Shown here: one piece after another, positions 9,844-21,800 of the stretch
Position numbering within the stretch: position 1 is the stretch's first letter
Layout of the letters: each line of letters begins with the position of its first letter
NCBI GenBank assembly: GCA_001642005.1
Contig: LWCA01000312.1
Span: 1 to 32,716, forward strand
Source of the DNA: Intoshia linei
Taxonomy: Eukaryota > Animalia > Orthonectida
Length of the DNA: 32,716 nucleotides
Direction of reading: 5' to 3'
Program-made: the position numbers and the translations under genes
The notes under the pieces: generated by a model
Seen by the model: the letters and a program-made list of their open reading frames with translations, nothing else
Databases searched by the model: none
Told to the model about the DNA's origin: nothing

Positions 9844-11140
9844 TTAAAAGTAAATTTGTAGTTTGATATATTTTATAACAAACTAAATATATATTGTTAA
9901 AGTGGAATAAATATGCAAACTGCGTTTATCGTTAGGAAACAAATTTGGCTGTAGGATTCTAGTAACACTGAATGTTATTTCGTTTTCTCTTATAACATGC
10001 ACTCAGTTAAATATGGATTTTGGTGTAATTACTTGGATACATTTCATTGAAATCGTTATGTGCTGTATATAGGTAAAAGTATTGCACACATATTTGGAAA
10101 TATTATTAAACTATCCAATATTTATCAAAGCAAGCTTGACGCGAACTAAATTAATCTATAAAAATGGATTTCTAGGCAATTAAACATGTTTTTAGGTTAT
10201 CACTACATTGCAATATAAAATTATAGTTTTTATCATTTGACATTATGAATAAAATAATTTCGCATTTAAATCAATGATCTGATTATGGAATATATGCCAA
10301 ATCTAAATATACCTTGTATGTCGATATTATCTTTGTAACTTTCAAAATTATTTTTATATTTTGCAATGCAATATCAAAATAAATAATTGTTTTATAAGTT
10401 GGTTTCCGTCAAATCCGTTTCTCAATTTTTAAAATGAAATTTGCCCTCATTATTATTTTCAATCATATTAAAATAAATAATTTTTTGAAATTCATAAAAT
10501 AATAATATTATTTTATACATATACCTATATATAGTAATACTTATTAAGTATATACAATATATAACATAATGTATATAATATCATATAAAATGTATTACTT
10601 ATACATCTATGTAATAATTTTTAGTATTCAAATCAAATTCTATTTACTAATTTTTTTTAAATTAATTATTTTCAATTCAGCTTGTACCAATGTGTAAATC
10701 AACAACAATTTAATATGGTATTCTATCTAGTCTTAACGCATTAGTTTGAAAATTTTTACACCATGGATTCAAGCTAAGTATAGGTCAAATTTGGTTTTTT
10801 AATCCTTCGTTGTTTGATTGACATTGATTCCTTAATCGACATCATTTATTATTAATTTATTTCTCTATCACGGAAGTACATATATCCTATTCTCTTAAGG
10901 GAGTAGATATCTATTGTTTATTTTATATGTACTATAAGTGAATTTTATAGTAGAACGTTTAATTGGTTAATCCAACAATTCGAAAATTTGTTTTATCCAC
11001 CATAATGTAAACTGTTTTTAATATTGTATCGATGTTATATATTTTACGAGTCCCATTTTAATTCAATAATTATTGAATACATAATAAATATGTATAAGCG
11101 TAAACATCAGAAAATAATAATTATCATTTGATTGTATAGT

Positions 11141-12066
11141 CAATCATTCTCAACGGAGTTCTCAGCAGTTTTTTGGGGTCCATCAAAATTTTTATAGTTA
11201 AATAAAATAACGGAAAAATGATATTTCCGCAATGATACAGGAGTAATTATTTCTAATTAACGCTATCCAATTTAATGTCTATTTTCCATTAAGACTAAAT
11301 TTAAGTGAATATATTAAACATTCAATATAAAAGTAAAAACAATAATACTAAATTATTTATATAAATTATATAATATATCTAGCATGACTTTTATGTACTT
11401 GATATAAACAACAGCTAGCTTTGCCGATGTGAAGTTTTTAATTTTAAGATTGATTATTCTATTTATTAAAGAAAATGAGTGTATATAACAAACAAATCTA
11501 ACTAACAAATCTAAACATTGTCATAAAAAATAAGAATACCAGAAATTTTAAATACCTGTAGATTGTACAGTGTAAAATATAGTTTTTTCCATTATGCATT
11601 TTTGATGAAGGAGTGGTTCTCAATCTTGTTTCACCATGGACCGATTGTCAAAAAGTGTAATTTTTAGGGATTGCGATTTATGATAATGATTTTTAAAACT
11701 ATCGCAGAATTTATATTTTATAAAATTTTACGACTTTTTTCATTTTTAAAAAAAGGGCAATTTAAGATTTTAACTATTAAGATGTAAATTTCTGAGGCTG
11801 AAATTTACGACACTGTTAATGACTTTCAAATACGTTTCAGAAAATATGTTATTTTGTAAATTTTAGAGCTGATTTTATTTTTATAATAATAAAATTGGGT
11901 TTTTGACCCTGAAGAACTGAAATTTGGAAAATTAACTATATATATAAAAAATAAACTGTGACACACACATTAAATTTTATATAAATAATATAATTTTTTT
12001 ATGGTCCACTGGTTTTTTTCAATATCATCGTAGGGGTCCACAGTGAAAAAGGGTTGAGAATGTCTG
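11141..12066. mobile_element. Old hAT/Charlie-type MITE or MITE cluster
   Basis: Termini CAATCATTCTCAAC (11141), GAGTGGTTCTCAATCTTGTTTCACCATGGACC (11611) and GGGGTCCACAGTGAAAAAGGGTTGAGAATGTCTG (ends 12066); GGGGTCC subterminal motifs. Outer flanks TGTATAGT / TTATAGTT are only an imperfect TSD. Confidence 0.6.
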
Positions 12067-13242
12067 TTATAGTTTATGTAATTGCGTAATTACAAATATT
12101 GATCTGTTTATATTTCTCGATCATTTTTTATACTTTCTACACGTGTTTATTGATTTTGGGATGAATAAATAATGGATATATACGACGAAGATTTTGTCAA
12201 TACAATTCTCACAATTCAGAAAATTTTTTTTTGAAAGTATTTTTTATACGTCTGTGAAATTTTATGTAAAAGGGACATTAATGGTAAATTTTATAGTTCT
12301 CAGATAGTTAACGAGTGTATTATTCATATTTACAAGATGATAATATAGTTTATCATAAAACAGGAAGTATGATTGTATTTATTTTAATAGTATCACAATA
12401 TTTTTTTAACAGCATATTGGATGGTAGATTCTTACAATAAGAGCCGTATTAATTTTTTAAAAATCAAATTTTATAAAATATTAAAATGAAATTATTTCTT
12501 AATTTTATTTAAAAAAAGGGGCCATTGGGTTTTTTCCCTGAAGGACTCAATGTATGAAAATTTAACTTGCACAAAAACATCGCTGATGCAAAACGTATTA
12601 GATATTTGATTTTTTTAATTCTACAACAGTTAATTTTTTAAATTTGGGAAAATAAAATTTTTCGGGGTATGTTTGTTTGTATGTGATATACATGTATAAT
12701 ATAGATTGAATATATATGTATAGTGGTCACTTTTAGAAGTAAAAGGCGTCTACTGTACAATGTGAATACATTTATAAGAAAGATATACACAAAACAAGAG
12801 TGAAAAAAACAGACAAAAAAAGAGATAGAGTAATAACCAGTATTAGAATATGTATACATGGTAATTAGTCTTTTTATATTTTATACCAATTTCAGAGTAG
12901 TATTTGCTTTTTAAATTTTCGTGTATGATTTAGTTATTTTGGTGTGTAAAAATGCATTGTAAGATAAAATTCCGTATATAAATCGTTAATAATGAGTATG
13001 TTTCATTAATTTGGTGTATAAATAAATAAATCACCCAAATTTAAATACTTATATTGTCCTTATTTGTATTTATTATTCTATGTTTTATTTTAAGAGTATT
13101 AAAAAATTCTCTAATTAGAACATGTTTCTTTAACAATTTATGTGGTTCAAATCTAACATTAATTATACTTGTTGAGCTAACTTAAATATGTACCTATACA
13201 AATTTAAATAAAAGTATTTGTAGAATATCAAGCGTAAAATCA

Positions 13243-13257
13243 GTAATCACTGGTAAC
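13243..13257 (+). promoter_or_regulatory. Candidate RFX X-box upstream of the kinesin
   Basis: GTAATC-ACT-GGTAAC versus consensus GTNRCC-N0-3-RGYAAC (one mismatch), about 57 bp before the ATG. Confidence 0.3.
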
Positions 13258-13313
13258 AAATAACAATTTACACGTTATCTTAAAAAGTAAGTAAATTAAC
13301 TTGATATAATATC

Positions 13314-16300
13314 ATGTCATCCGAATCGTAATATTTTTATTTTGTTATTGTTGTGATTACTGTTTAGAGTACGTGTGGCTGTAAGAGTAAGACCCTTCAA
13401 TAGCCGGTATTTTGATTCATCTGGTTCTAATTTATAAAATATAGAGAAATAGATCGAAAATCAAAATGTATAATTGCCATGAACGGAAATCAAACTTCAA
13501 TAAAAAACCCCGATGGAGGTTATTATAGATATAGATGTACATAAATATATTTTAGGTGAACCAAAAAAGGTATTACTTGAATTGTATGTAATAATTACAA
13601 AATTTAGTTTTCTTTTGATTTTTCATACTGGTAAAAATATTAATAATATGTAATATATGCAAATGTTAATAGGTCTCATAATGATTATTATGAGAAAGAT
13701 GGTATTCTAATTCCAAATGCTGGGTCGAATTATGCCAGCCAGGACAATGTGTACAATGATTTAGGAGGGAATGTATTAGATAATGCATTTAAGGGGTACA
13801 ATTGTTCTTTATTTGCTTATGGTCAAACGGGTTCAGGTAAAAATATATTTTACATTAATAAATTTGAAAGGAAAATCATATTCGATGGTGGGTTATGGAA
13901 AAAATCGGTAACGTACTAACTGATAAAATTAATTTAATTAGTGGCATCGTTCCGATAACATGCGATAGATTATTTGATAAAATAAAAACCGACAAAGACG
14001 GTGGGTCTGATACGGTAAAATACAATGATATTTTAGCAATTTTTAGAGATTTGAAGTAACTTTTTCGATGTTAGAAATATACAACGAACAAGTCAGGGAT
14101 TTGCTTTGTAAATCTTCACCAAAGGGTGGATTGGCGATACGTCAAAATGTAAAACTAGGCCTATTTTATGTTCAAAACTTAAAAAAAGTTCCCGTGGGTT
14201 CTTATGTAGACATAAATGGGCGCATTGAAGAAGGTAATTGATCATATCCATTATTAGATTTATTATCTCAGGTACGAAAAACAGAACTGTTGCTTCAACA
14301 CAAATGAATGCTACTAGTAGTAGAGCCCATACTGTTGTAACAATTATATTTGACCAGGTAAAATAATAATTGAATACTAGGTTTTAAATAGATACATTAA
14401 AAAAATATCTATCAAATCTTTAGAATAACATTTTATTACCTTTTTATTTGAAATAATTAAAATCGTATAATCGTTTATGGTATGTATTTTGCATGATGAT
14501 CGTTTAATTGTATTGTCAAAATGAACTGTATATTGTTAAGATGTGGGCAACCTGTATCGGCACGCTAAGAGGTAAGTAAGTAACATTATGAATGAAAAAA
14601 TTCCTAGTACAGATATCATTACAATTAATATTTATATAGTATTTCGATGTTACTACTTTACGCATGTTTAATGGGCTATTTGGGAAATTTTTTATTGTTA
14701 TAATTCCACTCCTACGCAGAATGCGATTAATAATGTCCACATGTGCATTTTTTACATTTAAGAATTTTTATTATTTATCGATAAGCATATATTATTCATC
14801 TATATATTACTTGACGACCCATTCAAATTTCGAATAGTTGGAGTTTATAAAAAATTTTACTATATGCTTAGGAAAAACGATGGTTTCATTATTTTTAAAT
14901 AGGATAGCTAAAAATACTTTTATATTTTATAGCTCGACATGTTAAATAAAATTTTTATTAGATAATTAAAACAGGAAACGGTGAAACCAAAAAATCGAGC
15001 ACTATAAACTTGGTTGATTTGGCCGGTATATAAATATATGCTTTTATATCCAACAATTAGGATCGGAGCGAGCAGATTCGACGGGAGCTACTGGGGATCG
15101 ATTAAAAGAAGGAGCGAACATCAACAAATCTTTATCGGCTTTAGGAAATGTTATATCAGTAATTGAATTATAATTGCTAAGAAAAAATACTATTTTCAAT
15201 TTTCAGTAAATCGAAAATTATACGTTTGTAAGAGTAAAAGATTTATTCATATTTTGAAAAATTAAAGTGAAGTTAATCCAAATATATTGTAATCTAATCT
15301 AGTGTTTCTTAAACTGGGGTCAACGAAGCTTGGGGCCCGTAGAATTTTCCAGGGCGAAATATTTTATGAAAAATAAAATTAATTTTAAATAACATTTACT
15401 GCAGAAATATACATATTTAATGATTGTACACTGTACACTTCTAATTAAGGTCGCATATTTAACGGACGTATTCAATTATTTAAATATTTTAAATTTAAAC
15501 TTCCTGTTAAGACTCACAAGGAAGAAACGTAAACAAATTTAAGGTTGAAGATATTATTAAAAAATAGTTTTATGGTTAAAACGAATTAAACAAATAGAGC
15601 AATTTTTATGAATCATTTAACTTCTCTAAAAAATTAATTCAAAAATTATTTTCCTATGCAAGATTTTTCTAATAATTGGATTATAAATCCCTTATGTTTA
15701 AATGTTGCACATGCTAAAAAAGTATCAATACTCGCAGCAGAACATCCTTGTCGATTTATCTTACGAAAATTCACTTAAAATTGTATTTGATTCAAATGAC
15801 ATTCTGACATTTTGGTTGAAAATTACTAAAGATTACCTGAACTTTCAAATTTGACCGTTAAACAATTGCTTCAATATTGTACCATATATTTATGTGAACA
15901 AGCCTTTTACCAATTAGTATATCTCAAATCTAAATTGCAAAATCGTCTCAAGGTAGAATCTGTTGTACGAATTAAATTGGCATATATAAAACAACAAATT
16001 TTCTTGTTGAAAAGAAACAGTTGCATATTTCTCATTTAAAATTAATTATCAATACATCATTTTTTGAATCATTTGATTCAGTTTGAACTAATAAATGCAC
16101 CATTGTTGAATTTTTTAGTTTATTATTGATAAAAATATTTTAAAGAGGGTCCGCGAAAATTATTTCGTAAAATTAGAGGTCCGTCAAATTTAAAGTTTAA
16201 TAACCACTGATCTAATCCATACATACATGTATAGGTGTTGATGTATTATTACTAAAAATAAAAATTATATAACTAATGAATACAAATAATAATAAAACTA

Positions 16301-18795
16301 ATAATTTATTAGTTACATTAGATGTAAAAATTACTATTTAGGCCTTGGCTGATTTATCTATGGGTAAAAAAAAGATTATGGTTCCGTACCGTGATTCGGC
16401 ATTAACAAAATTATTGCAAAATGCATTAGGCGGTAACAGGTATATTTGATTTAAATTTTTTTAATTGTTATTAGCAAAACGATTATGATAGCAGCTTTAT
16501 CTCCAGCAGACATCAATTATGATGAAACACTTTCAACACTTAGATACGCTAATCGTGCAAAATCCATCAAAAATAAGGCAGTCGTTAACGAGAATCCTAT
16601 GGAAAAAATTATAAGAGAATTGAAAGTATACATAATAAATTATTTTATATAATATGCTAGGAAGAAAACGATAGACTGAAAGCGATGATGAGTGGTAAGG
16701 GAATAGTTGATCAAACTAAAGGAATGAGTCAAATGGGTTTATAATTTTAAAATATTTATAACCAAATAGACATTGATGCTTTGAAAAAACAATTGGAAGA
16801 AGAAATAAGGTCTCAAATGGAAGAAATTCAAACAGCTGAATCTGGTGATTTTGATAAAAAGTTGATACTAGTTCAAAGTCAAAATCAAGAGTCGTCCAGA
16901 ATTGGTGATGTATTTTTGTCTAATCTTAATGAAGATCCTTTACTATCAAATGTTATACTTCATGAATTACATGTAATGTCATTATAGATTTAAATATAAG
17001 TCTTCTAGGAAAGTGGAACAACTAAAATTGGACGAAAAGATACCACCAATACCCCAAATATCGTTTTAAGTGGTTTAAGGTAACGGGTCTTATTTTAGGA
17101 AATGTATATCATAAAATTATAGTATTATGGTCAATCATGCTATAATAGAAAAGTGTAATGATAAATACGAAATAAAACCAGATACCAGTAATGCATCAAT
17201 CAAAATTAACGGACACCCGTTAATAGGTCCAAATTTCTTGGAGGACAAAGATCGTATATTGTTTGGTAATAATTTATATTATGAAAACTATTTCGATTTT
17301 TTAGGTTCAAATCATTTATTTGTTTTCAATAATAAGAAAAATCCTACCACCGATCCTGCTTTGCCGAAAGAAATATCATATGAGTTTGCACAGAAAGAAA
17401 TTGCACAAGCCAAAGGCTTTGATACAGGTGCAGGGTTATCGCGAGGTTTATTATTAAATTATATTACATTTTAATGATTATTCAAACGTAGAACAGCAAA
17501 TTATGCAAGAACAGATCCTAGAAATTTTACCAATGGTTTCAGAAGTAAATGCGATTTCTGAAGAAATGAACAAACACAGAACATTTGAGGTTGTTTTGAT
17601 ATCTGCAGCTGCGCAAGAAGGGAAATATGGCGAAGAAAAAGTTACAAAGTAAAATATATGATCAAATTTATATAAAATTATTAAGAGTTATGATTAAAAT
17701 GAAAAATTTAAAGAATGAAAATACATGGCTTTGGGAAAGAGGAAAATTCATGAATCGTCGATATTTAATTCAGGTTTTTTCTTTATAATTTTTTTATATT
17801 ATTTAGGAAATGTATCAACAATACGTGGATTCTGAAATTTTTTATATTGAAAAAGAAAAAGACCCTTTCTGGGAACCAACGGAAGATGTAGTTATTGGAA
17901 CTGCTAATATGTTTTTGCAATCCCTTGTTCATAATTTAGACATGTACGACGAATTAACTATAACAGATTACAAAGCGCAAGAAGAAGGAATACTCAAGGT
18001 ACTGACATTTAAATAATTGTATTAATTATAGGTTCATCTGATTCCATGCACTGCCTCAGGAAAAGAATTGGATGACAATGCATTCGTAAGCGAACCGGAA
18101 GAGTTGCTAGGTCGAACCGTTCACTTTAAAGTTAAAATATTGTCAGGCAGAATAAAAAAGGCACGTTTTTCACGTGGTGTATGTGCTAAATTTCGCGTTT
18201 ACAAGGAGGAAGAACTGACATCTACACCTATGCTCGCAGTGGAAAATTTGTGTCCAGAATTCAACTTCAGCTGTATAAAAACGTTTAACCCTGTTACAGA
18301 GGATCACATAAAATACCTCAAAAACAGTTGTATTACATTTTCTGTATACGGCAAACAAGAGGACGTAATGATCGACTCTAATCTGTCTAAAATGAACACA
18401 AAGGTATTACCAACTGACTTGTAAATTATAATTAATTAGGAATTAAGGATGCGAGATAAAATCACACCTGAACGTCGAATTAGTTCTATGGAACCAGATG
18501 CAGTAGCTCAATTGAAAACTGATTTATCTATTTTAAATAAAAAATACGAAAAAATCGTCAAAAGAGAGAACGCAATCAGAGTATGATAATAATACATCAG
18601 TCTTATTTTATTTAGGATTTGACTAAATCTTATGAAAAAAAAGTAACAGATAACAAGGATTGCAGTAAATTAATAGATGAAATTAAAAAAATTATTGGAA
18701 CTGGAGGAAGCTTAAAATTTAAGACAACTGCCACAATCATATCTTCTGCCAATGGAAAGTCTCAAGGAGATAGTAAAGCCTGTATAATTCAATAA
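13314..18795 (+). CDS. KIF28: Kinesin-3 motor of the KIF28/KLP-6 type, about 25 exons; motor, FHA, C2-like region, C-terminal CaaX
   Basis: MSSES|[14 protein letters not shown]-loop FAYGQTGSG|[17 protein letters not shown]|[33 protein letters not shown] (FHA lead-in), DRILFG|[23 protein letters not shown]|EMYQ, KDPFWEP; ends SKACIIQ* (TAA 18793-18795). Confidence 0.92.
15300..16209 (+). mobile_element. hAT (Buster/Charlie) deletion derivative in kinesin intron 15159-16341
   Basis: 8-bp TSD ATCTAATC at 15292-15299 and 16210-16217; TIRs TAGTGTTTCTTAAACT / AGTTTAATAACCACTG. Relic transposase [17 protein letters not shown] and [43 protein letters not shown] (hAT C-terminal dimerisation domain; ORF 15851-16039). 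Confidence 0.9.
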
Positions 18796-18859
18796 ATATT
18801 TAAATCTATTTCTTAAACTTTAAGACTTAAAGTACCAAAAATATTTAATTTAAATTTGA

Positions 18860-21800
18860 TTAACTCGACATGGCGTACAATATAATATTATTCGTATTAT
18901 CCGCTTGCGAAATTTCTGCATTGTTAGACGTTTCCAAAGGCAATGTATAATTGTGATATCCTTTTCCGATGGAAATCATGCCTTGAGACTTTGTAAAATA
19001 TTCAGTTGACGCGGAAAAAACAGGATGACATGATCTGACAGCTCCCACAAAGGCATGGTTAAGAACTAAACAATAAAAAATATATAGTAAAACTTTACCA
19101 GTAACACTGAAATGTCCATAAAATTCGTCGTTTTTAAAGACACCTGATTTTGTACTGGTTGGGTAGATTATTAAAATTAGACCAGCCGATGTTCCAATTA
19201 TAAGAGAACTGTTTTGAATATTGAAAGTGGTAATTTGAAGATTTGATAATTTTTGCTTTGATAATATGCTGTTTGAATCTAAAATAAATGAAAATACGGA
19301 ATCGTATCAAAAACTTTTCAATTTATCTGCAACATGATAATGAACATCAAATTTACAATAGCATTCATAATTTAAACCGTATACAAGTAATGATTCCTGA
19401 GAGTAAATCCAAAAAACTTTCAAATATTCATCATATATAAAATTTTTGGGAACGAATTTAGCAGTAGATATTTTTTTCGAAAAATCAATTTTTTCCTAAA
19501 TTTCTGATGTAAATAATAGTATGTTTACTGAAGTGATTCAATAAGTATACATTTTGCTAATTTCGTGATAATTTAATTTCTCAACCTCTCAAAAGTGATC
19601 ACTTAAAAATATATATATCACTTAAAGTACATTTACTTTTAATAAGGTCAATAAAAAATTGCCATAATTATAATGTTATAAAAATTAGTTAAATTGTCTG
19701 AGAATTTACTGGTGTAATATGATCATTGCTCAATAATCATAAATTGACAGTGTTATCGTTTTTATATCATCGAGATACATCCATGAATATTCAATAGTCT
19801 ATAAGTCAATGATTTAAAATTAACTAAAATCACGTACCATTGATGTAGGGCCGTTGACAGTCAACAGTGGGTCCGGGATAGATGAAAATTGTAAGCCTTA
19901 TATGCACATTAACAAAAATTTTGGTGTATATATACAATATATATTATACATACGTATGCATATATTGTTTGACCCAGCGGTTACCAAAATTTTTCTAACA
20001 TGCCATATTAATTTAGAATAATAGGCCCGTCATGACTATTACTCCTAACTTCAAGCCACGGACCTGTATTAATGTAATCTTTGGTTCTTTTCACGTGATA
20101 TCAATATCATCGTATCCAATTAATTAATGTGATAAATTGAAAACCATCCCAAACAATAACTCATCGTCCTCAAAATTATCTCAACGTTATCTCTCTGTTC
20201 ATGCATGATATATGGAACTAAGGATTAACGGTAAAATCATAACAAATTTATAAATCTTATCCGTATCATTCATCAAATATGCTTTAACATTTTAAATGTG
20301 ATAGTTTCATAAAATCGATATAGTAATTTTTCTTACCCCAAATAGACATTCCAATTTGTGAATCACCCTAATTTGTACGTTTACCTTTAACTGTATTTCC
20401 TGTATTTCAAGTATTGATATATAGGAATTTGTTAAAATAAAAATGTTTAGGGCATCATTTTGAATTGATATTGGTTCATCGATATAATTTAAATTCGAAA
20501 TTAATTTTATGGCTATTTCTTTTTCCTCAATTGTCAACATGAACAAGTCCAAGTGCTTTGAAAAAATGTAAATTTCATAATTTACATTTCTACATGAAAT
20601 ATTTAAAAATAAATTCTCATACATATATAAATATATTATTACTTAGATTATTTACATGATTAATTTAAAATTTGTATTATGATTTTCATTTCGAAATAAA
20701 ATATTAATCTAATTTCTCCCAAGCTATTTTTTTATTTTTTTTTTTGCTTTCGATTTTAAAAATTTTTTAGAGTTATAGTATTTATGCTAATTGAAGATTT
20801 CATGTCAAATTTGAAATAATTTATCCTAGTAGTTATAAAGATATACAATGTGACCATATGGTCACATTGGGAGAATATGTGTACAAAAATAAATTAATAA
20901 ATTATATGATATTATTATGTAAATACAGTATATGTAAATCACTGATTTATAAGATAACTTATGAAAATTTTTCTATTTTTAGTAGAAGCCTCAAATAATA
21001 TAAAATAGCTGAAAGGGGCCATGGAAAAATATTCAGAACGATGGTATTACACAATGCTCTTATTAACAAGGTTTCCATATATTAGGATAGGAATGGTTTA
21101 ATGCGACCGGCCACGGATTTGAGTTTGACATGACTGACTTAAATTTATACATACATATTATATTTATATTTTATATATCATATAATATATGGTATATATA
21201 TTGTATATATAGTGTATATTATACATGTAATATATTGTATGCATTGATATTATTTACAATGTACATAAATAAGTTATTAATTTTGAATGAGGAATTAAAC
21301 TTTTACATTATTCCAACAATTTCATATTTAATTTCATTTATAACTTTTTGTGTATAAGGCTCATTTAGTTGTTCATTCCTTGTGAAATAAAGTATACTAA
21401 ATTTTAAAAAATAGTAATTATAATGTAACCTGCCTGATTTTGTACCTACTAAAGTAAAATAGTGGTAGTTGGAATGATCTAAATTTATATAAATCAAAAT
21501 ATTTTAAACCAGAAAAATTAGTATTCCTAGAGTCCCGTTTATTGTACAAGCAATGACATATCGATGTAATATTGTTTTTTAGTTTGTCTATTTGTAAAAA
21601 ACATTTTTGATGGAATTCAATAATTTTAGATCCTGTTCCAAACGAAACTTTGTAAATTTGAACATAAATGTGTCTTCTCGTTTTGGACCATATCCAAATT
21701 TCATTAGACACATCAAAAGTCATTTGAATAATCTATAATAAATTATTCATTATTATTATGATTATTTACTTGTGAAGATAGTTCTAATGATATACCAAAA

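Noticed and set aside
10500-10620. TA-rich tracts here and at about 21150-21250 (ORF 21130-21357)
   Set aside because: Low-complexity sequence with no coding or structural signal.
11409-11440. Possible Helitron 3' end on the minus strand (..GGCAAAGCTAG)
   Set aside because: No clear hairpin and no linked 5' end.
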